A stretch of DNA of 64,000 nucleotides from an uncultured Muribaculaceae bacterium (GTDB lineage: Bacteria > Bacteroidota > Bacteroidia > Bacteroidales > Muribaculaceae): the NCBI GenBank assembly GCA_905207535.1, contig CAJLLX010000001.1:64428-128427 (forward strand), in the 5' to 3' direction. The notes beneath the pieces were generated by a model. That model was given only the letters and a program-made list of their open reading frames with translations. It was not told where the DNA came from and did no database searches. Positions 38,820 through 47,908 of this stretch are shown in pieces. The position numbers and the translations under genes were made by a program. Numbering within the stretch: the first letter of the stretch is position 1; every line of letters begins with the position of its first letter.

Positions 38820-39581
38820 TCAGTTGCCGCGAAGTTTTATCGCCATTATCTTCCGCTTGAAGTCGGAGGGGAAGTCGCCCTGCTGTATCCAGCCGAAATA
38901 TCCCGGATCTTTCTTCAGCACTGCCGAGGCGAGCTGCCCCTTGTACTTGCCGAAATTGATCACTTCGCGATGCTGGTCATCGTAGATCATGCGCCCCATC
39001 AGGTCGACATTGTGATTCTGCGAGGAGTACTCCGAGAGGGCTTCCACATCGTTGGGCAGGTCGGAGTAACGGTCGAGCTGCGCCATGAGCACCTCGTAGG
39101 TGGCACGAGTGTCGGCATTGGCCGAGTGTGCGCCCTCCAGGTCTTTGTCGCAATAGAAGCGGTAGGCTGCCGTGAGCGTGCGCTGCTCCTTCTTGTGAAA
39201 TATCGTCTGCACATCCACCATCTTGGCACGAGAGAAGTCGAAGTCCACGCCCGCGCGGGCAAACTCCTCTGAGAGCATCGGGATGTCAAACTTGTTGGAG
39301 TTGAATCCGGCGATGTCGCACCCCTCGAAGCTCTTGGCCAGGTCAGCGGCTATCTGTTTGAAGGTGCGCTCCCCTGCCACATCCTCATCTGTGATGTGAT
39401 GGATGGCCGTAGCCTCGGCCGGGATAGGTATAGTGGGATTTACTCTCAGCGTCCGCTCTGCCTCGCGGCCGTCGGGATACACCTTGATGAGCGAGATCTC
39501 CACTATGCGGTCGCGGGTGATGTTGGTGCCGGTGGTCTCCAGGTCGAAGAAGATCATCGGCTTTTTCAGATTCAGTTTCAT
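38820..39581 (-). CDS. dnaQ: DEDDh 3'-5' exonuclease (Pol III epsilon-like)
   Basis: Motifs FDLETTG, FNSNKFD and AHSANAD; follows dnaN. Confidence 0.88.
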   Translation of the reverse strand: MKLNLKKPMIFFDLETTGTNITRDRIVEISLIKVYPDGREAERTLRVNPTIPIPAEATAIHHITDEDVAGERTFKQIAADLAKSFEGCDIAGFNSNKFDIPMLSEEFARAGVDFDFSRAKMVDVQTIFHKKEQRTLTAAYRFYCDKDLEGAHSANADTRATYEVLMAQLDRYSDLPNDVEALSEYSSQNHNVDLMGRMIYDDQHREVINFGKYKGQLASAVLKKDPGYFGWIQQGDFPSDFKRKIMAIKLRGN

Positions 39582-39594
39582 CTTGCCGGAGGTA

Positions 39595-40722
39595 TTACTC
39601 GGTGACTCGCATCACCATCAGAAGCATGATCAGGTCGGTGTTCTCTTCATTCTCCTCGGGGGTGAACAGGCCGGGACGAGAGGGGTCGGCAAGCTTGATG
39701 ATCACATTCTCGGTGGGCAGGCTACTCAGTATCTCCAGAAGATAGGCTCCGCTGAAACCGATCACCAGGTCGCTGCCGGTGAAGTCGCAGGGCACCTCCT
39801 CGTGGGCCGATGTGTTCATGGTGAGGTTGTCGGCCTCCAGCTCTACACGTGTGGGGGTGAAGTGAAATTTGATCAGGCCGTGGCTCGGATCGGAGCACAC
39901 TGCCACACGGCGCACGGCGGTCATCATTGCTCCGCGGTCGATGGTCACCTGGAAGGGATTCTCGCGGATGATGCGGTTGTAGGCCGGATAGTTGCCGCGG
40001 ATAAAGCGGCAGTTGAGCGTCAGATTCTCGGTGCGGAACACTGCGCTGCGCTGTGACAGTTCCACCTTCACCTCGTCGTCCTTGCCGAGCAGAGTCTTAA
40101 GGATCACGGCGGGCTTCACGGGCATGATACACGATGCGGTGATGCCGGGAGCCGAGGTGCGGTTGATGTAGCGCACCAATTTGCACGAGTTGCTGGCCAC
40201 GAAGGTGATCCCGTCGGGGGTAATGTCCCAAAGGATACCCATCAGCTGAGGCAGCTGGTCGTTGGTGCCGACAGCGAAGAGGGTGTGCTCTATACCGGAG
40301 ATGATCTGCGAACCCGGGCATGTCATCTCCCAGGTCTCCTCGGGATTGGTCTCCTCGATGGTGCGCGGATAGTGGTTTCCCTCCAGGCCCACCATGTCGA
40401 AGTTACCGCCGGGGAAGGTGATATTCATGGCATAGGTGCTCATGTCGATGGCAAACTCCACATCCACGTCGGGCAACTCCTTGGCGATGTCCACTATGCG
40501 GCGTGCATTGACGCACACGCTCCCCTCTTCACCCTCGAAATCCTTCACTGCCACCTGCGAGGTGAGGGTATTCTCGGCATCGGAGGCTGTGATAGTAAGC
40601 ATCCCGTCGGCAATTTCCCACAGGAAATTGTCCAGGATGGAGATTGTATTCTTGGTGTTGATTACCTTACTCACGCCCGAGAGGGTCGAGTAAAGAGCTT
40701 TGCTCGCAACTTTAAATTTCAT
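39595..40722 (-). CDS. dnaN: DNA polymerase III beta sliding clamp
   Basis: Motifs ILDNFL, LTITASD, GNYPAY and IGFS...LLEIL. Start set at MKFKV; -7 element TAACTTTG (minus strand) at 40874-40881. Confidence 0.95.
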   Translation of the reverse strand: MKFKVASKALYSTLSGVSKVINTKNTISILDNFLWEIADGMLTITASDAENTLTSQVAVKDFEGEEGSVCVNARRIVDIAKELPDVDVEFAIDMSTYAMNITFPGGNFDMVGLEGNHYPRTIEETNPEETWEMTCPGSQIISGIEHTLFAVGTNDQLPQLMGILWDITPDGITFVASNSCKLVRYINRTSAPGITASCIMPVKPAVILKTLLGKDDEVKVELSQRSAVFRTENLTLNCRFIRGNYPAYNRIIRENPFQVTIDRGAMMTAVRRVAVCSDPSHGLIKFHFTPTRVELEADNLTMNTSAHEEVPCDFTGSDLVIGFSGAYLLEILSSLPTENVIIKLADPSRPGLFTPEENEENTDLIMLLMVMRVTE

Positions 40723-41084
40723 TTCTGTATATTTCTTAATTTTATTATTTTCAGACAATTATATTCATCCACTTTCCCCTTTTCGCTCACCAAACCTCCC
40801 CATCTGCGCTCACCACACTTCCCCATTTGCACCTCACGCATGCGCACAGCATGCCCGTAGTGCGCTTTAATTGCAAAGTTAACTATTTTATTCCTCTTTT
40901 TCAAACTCCCCTGCCACTTTATTTTACACTTTATTTCCGTTTCCGGCCCTTTGCCGGCCATGCATGCCGCCATGGTTTGCAGTTGTCGTTCGAATTTAGT
41001 AATTTTGCAAGGCTTTAAGGGCCGACATTGTGCAAATACGCCGATGTCGTCCCTTCTAACTTTCATATCTCAATCAGCAAGTTT

Positions 41085-41918
41085 ATGCCTAAGCTTTCAA
41101 TCATTACCATCTGCTTCAACAACAATACCGGCCTCCGTCGCACTATCGACAGCGTCCTCCCAGTCCTCTCGTCGGATGTGGAATATATCATCATCGACGG
41201 CGGAAGCACCGACGGCAGCCGTGAAACCATCGAAGCTGTCGCGGACCGCCTCGGCTACTATTGTTCAGAGAAAGACAAAGGCATCTACAATGCTATGAAC
41301 AAGGGCGTTGCCCACGCCAAGGGTGAGTATCTTCTTTTCCTTAACTCTGGCGATTACCTCTATTCGGACAAAGTTATCGCAGAAGTGCTCCCGACATTTG
41401 ACGGCACCGACATCATCTACGGAAATTTGATTTTCCTTAATCCTGAAACGGGGAAAGAACATCTCGATATACCCCCCGACAAGGTCAACGCCGACACTTT
41501 TTTCCGCGGATCGCTCCCCCATCCGGCCACATTTATCCGACGTCAGCTTCTGATTGAAACACCATACAATGAGCAATTGAAAATAGTGGCCGATTGGGAG
41601 TTTTTCACAAAGAAAATAGTGTGGGATGGGTGCTCCACCAAACATATCCCGTATATCATCAGCGTCTTCATAGAAGACGGCATCAGCTCCACCAACAAGA
41701 CGCTCCACGATAGCGAGCGCAAGGAATGCACGCGACGCTTATTTACCCCGGCAATCATTGAGGTGTGCTATGGGTGGCGTGCACTCCACTCTATGGCGTG
41801 CGCCGAGGAGATGATTAAGATTGGAAGTACGAGAAAACTGCATAAGCGCATCCGCCCGCTTCTGCGGCTGATTATTCGCGTAAACAACCTCTTCTCATCC
41901 CCCTCACACCGCATCTAA
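41085..41918 (+). CDS. Glycosyltransferase family 2 (WfgS/WcaE-like)
   Basis: Motifs LSIITICFN, IDGGSTDG, DKGIYNAMNKG and FLNSGD. Confidence 0.92.
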   Translation: MPKLSIITICFNNNTGLRRTIDSVLPVLSSDVEYIIIDGGSTDGSRETIEAVADRLGYYCSEKDKGIYNAMNKGVAHAKGEYLLFLNSGDYLYSDKVIAEVLPTFDGTDIIYGNLIFLNPETGKEHLDIPPDKVNADTFFRGSLPHPATFIRRQLLIETPYNEQLKIVADWEFFTKKIVWDGCSTKHIPYIISVFIEDGISSTNKTLHDSERKECTRRLFTPAIIEVCYGWRALHSMACAEEMIKIGSTRKLHKRIRPLLRLIIRVNNLFSSPSHRI

Positions 41919-41931
41919 AGCGTTCTTGCGG

Positions 41932-43008
41932 TTATTTTTTGTAAAATTCGGCTGTTTGGGCCGCAGTCTTATCCCACGAGAAGGCTTTTACTCTCTCATG
42001 TCCCCGTTGTATCATTTGCGTGCGTAAATTGCTGTCTGATACTACGCTCTCTATGGTCTTTGCCATTTCTTCGGGGTTATAGGGATCAAAATAGAGCGCC
42101 GCATCCCCTCCCACCTCGGGGAAGCAACTTGCATTGCTCAGCAACACCGGGCAACCCGAAGCAAACGCTTCCAACACCGGTATTCCGAACCCCTCGTAGA
42201 GCGACGGGAACACAAAGCAAAGAGCATGTTGATAGAGATAGGCCAGCTGATTGTCTGAAACGAATCGACTGCTCACAGCTCCTTCGAGGCCGAGCATCTT
42301 TATCCGGCTCATTTCATCACGTGAGAATCCGCCTCCTGTACACACAAGCTTTATCTCCGGATTCCATTTATGCACCATTGCAAATGCCTCAAGAAAGCGG
42401 TCGAAATTCTTGTAGTGAAATCTCTGACCAACATACAGGATATACTTTTCAGGCAGTCCCTCCACCGCTTCGGCATTCTCGGGATGAAGGCTGTGACCGT
42501 GGTAAATCACCTCTATATTGCTGCCCGAAAGGCCGTATATATCTATGATGTCGGCCTTGGTTTTCTCGCTGATTGCTATTATTTTATCGGCTCGTGTTAT
42601 CGTCTCTTTCTTCTGACTTATCACCGGATCTTCGGTGCCGAAAAGCTCGGGGAAACGTTCGTAGGTCATGTCGTGCACCGTCACCACGTAGGGGCCATGC
42701 AATCTCTTCAAAAATCCGGGATCGAAATATGTGGGATGAAATATGTCGTAATCCCCTCTTTTCAACAATCTCGAGAAGTTGGAATTATTGACAGCTGCAT
42801 ATAGCTTTTTCTTCCATTTGAAGTCAGGCAGACTTACACTCTTATTCCCCTCAAATCTCTCTGTTTTCAAAAACACATTGTCAGTGAGCAATGTAGGGGA
42901 AATCACATCCACATCCTGCGGCATGCGCTTCATTATCTCCACAAAATAGCGCGAGATGCCGCCATATCTTTGCAAGGAAAATATTTGATTGTCAAATAAT
43001 ACCTTCAT
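41932..43008 (-). CDS. Glycosyltransferase family 4
   Basis: Motifs YGGISRY, TVHD and FPSLYEGFGIPVLEA. Confidence 0.93.
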   Translation of the reverse strand: MKVLFDNQIFSLQRYGGISRYFVEIMKRMPQDVDVISPTLLTDNVFLKTERFEGNKSVSLPDFKWKKKLYAAVNNSNFSRLLKRGDYDIFHPTYFDPGFLKRLHGPYVVTVHDMTYERFPELFGTEDPVISQKKETITRADKIIAISEKTKADIIDIYGLSGSNIEVIYHGHSLHPENAEAVEGLPEKYILYVGQRFHYKNFDRFLEAFAMVHKWNPEIKLVCTGGGFSRDEMSRIKMLGLEGAVSSRFVSDNQLAYLYQHALCFVFPSLYEGFGIPVLEAFASGCPVLLSNASCFPEVGGDAALYFDPYNPEEMAKTIESVVSDSNLRTQMIQRGHERVKAFSWDKTAAQTAEFYKK

Positions 43009-43208
43009 CTTGATTGCCTTGTGTTCAAACGATTTTTTACCACCGCAAAGTTATGAATAAATCCTTAATCAATTTTCGTTTTTGATATGTTTTTATATCA
43101 TATAAAGGATATCTCTTTACCCGATTTATACATGATTATTTCACACATAAGAAGATGCGATTTTATTATCTCATCTAATTGTATTAACTTTGCAAAAAAT
43201 ACGATTAT

Positions 43209-44258
43209 ATGGAGAATAGCAAATCTAATTTTCCTGAAATTAGTATAATTGTACCGGTATATAATGTCGAAAAGTATCTGCCAAAATGCATTGATTCGCT
43301 TTTGGCCCAGACACTTACCGATATTGAAATCATTCTCGTTGACGACGGTTCGCCCGACTACTGCCCCATGATTTGCGATAGCTACGCCGAAAAAGATTCG
43401 CGTATCAAGGTGATTCATAAGCAGAATGAGGGTGTGTCGGCTGCCCGCAACGATGGCATAGCGGCTGCTCGTGCCGATATTATCGGATTTGTCGACAGCG
43501 ACGATTGGGTGGATCCGAAGATGTACGAAACGATGCTCAGTGCTTTGAAACGGACCGGTGCCGACATTGTTGTCTGCAACACATCCTACGATTATATCGA
43601 CCATAGCCATCCCGATGCAGTTCCCATCACTGAGGAGAAGATTTATTCGCGCGACGAGGCATTGCGGCTCCTGATACAGGACCGTATGATTCACAATTAC
43701 CCCTGTGATAAAATCTTCCGCAAGAGCGTTTTGAACTCGCCATTTACTCCCGGCATTCGGTATGAGGATATTGAAGTCATGATCCGGTGGTTCGCCAACA
43801 TCAACCGGCTGGCTACCATTCCTTATTTCGGTTATCATTACTTACAGCGTGCAAGTAGCTACCTCCACTCTTCTTCCACGATGTTTGAGGAGTATATCGC
43901 AGCTTTGAGAAGTCAACTTGATTTTTTAAAAAGCAAAAACCTCATTCCCGATTGCTACGAGTCATACACTCTGAGGATAGTAAAGGATGGTGTCAAATAT
44001 TCCAAGTATCTCGTACATGATACAACTGATTCTCCCAAGCTTTACTCTACACTCAAAGAGATTGCTGATACCATCAGGGATCTTCAGCCCGCTGTCGACA
44101 GCTCGGACGTAAGTAAAAAGCTTCGCAAACGCTTTGACAACCTTCTGAATCATCCCCGCCGCTTTGTCAGCGAAATGAGATGGAATCATCGATATCATAT
44201 TTTAAAAAATCGTCTAACCACTTTCCGACACAAAAAGGAGCACAAGTGCTTTGACTAA
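43209..44258 (+). CDS. Glycosyltransferase family 2
   Basis: Motifs SIIVPVYNVEKYL, VDDGSPD and FVDSDDW; -7 element at 43185-43192. Confidence 0.93.
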   Translation: MENSKSNFPEISIIVPVYNVEKYLPKCIDSLLAQTLTDIEIILVDDGSPDYCPMICDSYAEKDSRIKVIHKQNEGVSAARNDGIAAARADIIGFVDSDDWVDPKMYETMLSALKRTGADIVVCNTSYDYIDHSHPDAVPITEEKIYSRDEALRLLIQDRMIHNYPCDKIFRKSVLNSPFTPGIRYEDIEVMIRWFANINRLATIPYFGYHYLQRASSYLHSSSTMFEEYIAALRSQLDFLKSKNLIPDCYESYTLRIVKDGVKYSKYLVHDTTDSPKLYSTLKEIADTIRDLQPAVDSSDVSKKLRKRFDNLLNHPRRFVSEMRWNHRYHILKNRLTTFRHKKEHKCFD

Positions 44259-44277
44259 ACATAGATACAGCCACATT

Positions 44278-45072
44278 ATGCGTAAGATTGCATTAGATAT
44301 GACGGTGGTCGAAAACCGCCGTCTCACTTCAGCCTACTCGCTGCTGATCCTTGAAGCTGACAAGCCCGTCGAGGATTTCAATTTCGGCGACATTAAGCCG
44401 GGACAGTTTGTGCAGGTGCGTGTCGACGACAGCAAGACCACCTTCCTCCGCCGCCCGATTTCGGTTAATTTCGTGGAGCCTGACCGTTGCCGGCTTCATC
44501 TGCTGGTGCGCCGTGCCGGTGAAGGCACCAAGGTGCTGTGCGAGATGAAGGAGGGTGAAGAGCTCAATCTCCTCCTGCCTCTCGGCAATGGATTTTCCCT
44601 TCCCGCTTCGGCCGAAGGATTCACACCTCTGCTCGTGGGAGGCGGCGTAGGCGTAGCTCCTCTGCTCTATCTCGGCAAACAGTTGGCTGACATGGGTGTA
44701 CGTCCGAGTTTCCTCTTAGCAGCAAAAAGCGATGCTGACCTGCTGCTGCTCGAACGTTTCCGCGAATACGGCCCTGTATATATCTCCACCGACGACGGTT
44801 CGCTCGGCGTGCCCGGACTGGTTACAGCCAATCCCGCTCTGCAGCAACAGTGGAGCATGATCTACTGCTGCGGGCCTATGCCCATGATGAAGGCTGTGGC
44901 TCGCATCGCCCGCGGGAACAATGTGCCCTGCGAGGTATCGCTCGAAAACACCATGGCATGCGGTCTCGGAGCTTGCCTTTGCTGTGTGGAGGACACTGCC
45001 GACAAGGGCAATGTGTGTGTCTGCACCGATGGCCCTGTTTTCCCCATTGAGCGCCTCCGCTGGTTTGACTGA
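44278..45072 (+). CDS. pyrK: Dihydroorotate dehydrogenase electron transfer subunit
   Basis: Motifs PGQFV, LRRPIS and GGGVG; 2Fe-2S motif MACGLGACLCC...VCTDGPVF. Confidence 0.93.
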   Translation: MRKIALDMTVVENRRLTSAYSLLILEADKPVEDFNFGDIKPGQFVQVRVDDSKTTFLRRPISVNFVEPDRCRLHLLVRRAGEGTKVLCEMKEGEELNLLLPLGNGFSLPASAEGFTPLLVGGGVGVAPLLYLGKQLADMGVRPSFLLAAKSDADLLLLERFREYGPVYISTDDGSLGVPGLVTANPALQQQWSMIYCCGPMPMMKAVARIARGNNVPCEVSLENTMACGLGACLCCVEDTADKGNVCVCTDGPVFPIERLRWFD

Positions 45073-45118
45073 AACACCCCCTCCAACTTACTCCCGGTTT
45101 TACCGCCAGAGAGCAGTC

Positions 45119-45463
45119 CTAACGCACGATTTGCAGCAATATCACATCACAAGCCGCTTCCCCCTCGGAGGCGGCTTTGTCGTTAACGGTGATTATGTGC
45201 TGTAGTTCGTGGAGATTTATCTCGCGGAGAGTGCGGAGCGTCTCGATGAAATCCGCCAACGCTTCTTCTCCGGCAAACCGTCTGCGCGAGAGTGCCACCA
45301 CTACACCGTCAGCAAAGACCGTATTGGCTGTCTCGCGGTCGAAATCCGTGATACGCAGCTGTCCGCTCTGCCTGTCGGCGAGCGCAAGCCGACGCATACC
45401 CGAGGCACTGAGCAACACTCGGGCGAGCACACGTGGCTCGTCGATCACCGAGACTTTTGTCAT
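45119..45463 (-). CDS. Hypothetical protein
   Basis: 114-aa ORF starting 5 bp after the DUF4296 stop, consistent with the last gene of the operon. Confidence 0.55.
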   Translation of the reverse strand: MTKVSVIDEPRVLARVLLSASGMRRLALADRQSGQLRITDFDRETANTVFADGVVVALSRRRFAGEEALADFIETLRTLREINLHELQHIITVNDKAASEGEAACDVILLQIVR

Positions 45464-45468
45464 GGCAC

Positions 45469-46590
45469 TCAGCGGGAATCCTGACGTTTTTGAAGCCGCT
45501 GATGCTGTGTCGGCGTAGCCTGACGGCGCCGCTCCGCAGCCTGTCGGCGACGGCTTTCGGGCGTGGCCCTATGCTCGTCGGCGCTCTGACGGTGTTCGGT
45601 CTGCTGTGTGCGTTCCGACGAGCTCTGAGGCAGGTCTCCGGCGTGCTGCGTTGCACGCTGAAGATGCTTGGGCTCGGTGCGCTGACGCACAGGCGTAAGG
45701 CCCTCTGCGGGCATCGCGCCGGGACCGCTTTCAGTGAGCATATTTTCTCTCGACTGTATGCCGCGCACTCCGCTCTGCTCTATCTTGATGCCGTTGTTGA
45801 ACCGACGCTGCGAGATGTAGGTATTGGGCATCATGTAGTGGCGCATTCTCACCACAGCTATGCTGTCGATCTCGCCGGTGATATTCTGCCCCGAAGGCAT
45901 CGTCATGTAACCATAGACACGCACCGGAGTGAGCGTGGAGTCGACCTGTATGCGCTGCACCATGGCTCCGCTCTGCATCGATGTCTCATCCACGTAGCCT
46001 GTGGCACCGTTGTCGTAGTCTACAAGCAGGCGCGAGGTGACTGGGGCGTTGCTCACCACCGGCACATAGCGGAGCATGAATATATCGCCGTTCTGCCATG
46101 TGCTGTCGGGGGTAAAGGCAAAGGTGACGACCCTCGACGGCATCCGTTCCGACAAGGTGATATGACCGGGGCCGTTCCATATGGCCACAGAGTCGCCCGC
46201 AATGGCTATCTGCGAACTGGTCTCCGAGGCGAGGTCGCGCTGGCGGTCCTGGATGATCTCTATGGCGCGGTCGTAGACCTTGATGTAGTCTTCAATATGG
46301 TTGCCATACCACACAAACGAGGTGTCGACAGTGGCAGCATCCACTCCGTGTGCGGCATAGATGCTCTGTTTGAGCAGTTTGCGCGTAGAGTCGTTGGGAA
46401 ATGCCGAGTAATTGTAGTCGATCACTGCCTCACCCATATGGATATCGGCCATCAGTGAGGCCATCTCCTCGCGGCCGAGCACATTGTCCGGCGCCTTCTC
46501 GCACGAGGTGAGCAATGCTGTCGCCGCACACCATGCCGCGATGCCGTGCGCTATTCGGTACAAAGAAGACTTTATCATTTCCGGATTCAT
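45469..46590 (-). CDS. DUF4296 domain lipoprotein with disordered C-terminal tail
   Basis: Lipobox LTSC, MASLMADIHMGEA and DTSFVWY; follows lspA. Confidence 0.8.
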   Translation of the reverse strand: MNPEMIKSSLYRIAHGIAAWCAATALLTSCEKAPDNVLGREEMASLMADIHMGEAVIDYNYSAFPNDSTRKLLKQSIYAAHGVDAATVDTSFVWYGNHIEDYIKVYDRAIEIIQDRQRDLASETSSQIAIAGDSVAIWNGPGHITLSERMPSRVVTFAFTPDSTWQNGDIFMLRYVPVVSNAPVTSRLLVDYDNGATGYVDETSMQSGAMVQRIQVDSTLTPVRVYGYMTMPSGQNITGEIDSIAVVRMRHYMMPNTYISQRRFNNGIKIEQSGVRGIQSRENMLTESGPGAMPAEGLTPVRQRTEPKHLQRATQHAGDLPQSSSERTQQTEHRQSADEHRATPESRRRQAAERRRQATPTQHQRLQKRQDSR

Positions 46591-46646
46591 TTTTGTGTCA
46601 CTCTGTCCTACCCTTCCAGTCCTACCCTATCTTTACACTTGGTGTA

Positions 46647-47366
46647 TCACTTTTCGGCGTCAGCTTTCTCACCGGCGTCGACGCTCCTGCCGCTTTCCTC
46701 TTCCTCAGCCTTACGGTCGGCTGCGAGCTGCGATTTCTTGCGCCAGGGCACCTCGCCAATCTGCGACGAGTAGAAGAGAATCAGCACCACCATACCCACA
46801 CTGATGGCGGCATCGGCCAGATTGAACACTGGACGGAAGAACACGAAGTGCTCCCCTCCTATCCAGGGCATCCAGTCGGGCCAGTACCAGTCGCAAAGCG
46901 GGAAATAGAGCATATCCACCACATAGCCGTGAAAGAGTGTGCCATATCCACCCTCGGGAGGAAACAGAGTGGCCACCTGGGGCGGCATGGGGTTGTTGAA
47001 TATCAATCCGTAGCACACGCAGTCCACGATATTGCCGGCGGCTCCGGCTACTATCAGCGCGAGACACACCAGATAGCCCGTGCGGGTCTCCCGGCGGTAT
47101 CTGATACGACTGATGTAGTATAGCAGGAATATTACCGCAAATATCCTCAGGAGGGTGAGCAGCAGTTTGCTGCCAATCTCCCATCCGAAGGCCATGCCGT
47201 TGTTCTGGATGAATACGAGTTGAAACCATGAGAAAATCTCATAGCTTTCACCTAAATAAAAGTGGGTCTTGACCCATATTTTAAACACTTGGTCGGCGAT
47301 GAGCACGGCGGCTATGATTATAGCCACCATCCATCCCCGCCGCATCAGCGGTTTGCTTTCGTTCAC
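46647..47366 (-). CDS. lspA: Lipoprotein signal peptidase
   Basis: Motifs DQVFK, NNGMAFG, GAAGNIVD, VVDM and FNLAD. Confidence 0.95.
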   Translation of the reverse strand: MNESKPLMRRGWMVAIIIAAVLIADQVFKIWVKTHFYLGESYEIFSWFQLVFIQNNGMAFGWEIGSKLLLTLLRIFAVIFLLYYISRIRYRRETRTGYLVCLALIVAGAAGNIVDCVCYGLIFNNPMPPQVATLFPPEGGYGTLFHGYVVDMLYFPLCDWYWPDWMPWIGGEHFVFFRPVFNLADAAISVGMVVLILFYSSQIGEVPWRKKSQLAADRKAEEEESGRSVDAGEKADAEK

Positions 47367-47384
47367 TATCGAAGGATATGTGGT

Positions 47385-47747
47385 TTATTTCTTGTTCTCC
47401 ACGCACAGAGTGGCGTGAGGCACGGCGCGAAGCCTCTCTTTCGGTATGAGTTTGCCGGTCATACGGTCGATGCCGTAGGTCTTGTTCTCGATGCGCACCA
47501 GAGCAGCCTGGAGATTCTTGATAAACTGCGCCTGACGCTGCGCCGAGCGATTGGCCTCCTCAACTGAGAGTGTGTAAGCGCCCTCTTCAAGCACCTTGAA
47601 TGTAGGCGATGTGTCGGCGGTGTCGTTGGCATTCATCACACCCGAACGGAGTGACTCATATTCTTTGCGTGCCTTCTCGAGTTTCTCAAGTATAATGGCC
47701 TTGAATTCCTCGAGTTCCTCATCTGTATAGCGTGTTTTTTCGCTCAT
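47385..47747 (-). CDS. TraR/DksA family transcription factor
   Basis: Coiled coil with ALVRIENKTYG and ERLRAVPHATL; ileS-dksA-lspA gene order. Confidence 0.9.
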   Translation of the reverse strand: MSEKTRYTDEELEEFKAIILEKLEKARKEYESLRSGVMNANDTADTSPTFKVLEEGAYTLSVEEANRSAQRQAQFIKNLQAALVRIENKTYGIDRMTGKLIPKERLRAVPHATLCVENKK

Positions 47748-47908
47748 CTTTCTATGGTTTTATAGGTGATGAATTAGTGCCGGTTTGCGGCTGCGGAGCT
47801 GCGTTTATACCGGTCTGCCGGCATCAGTATAACATCTCTTTATGATTTAAAGTTTGTGAGCCGCCGGAGCTGCAATGGCCACAGCGGCTCACGTATGTTT
47901 CAAGCTTA

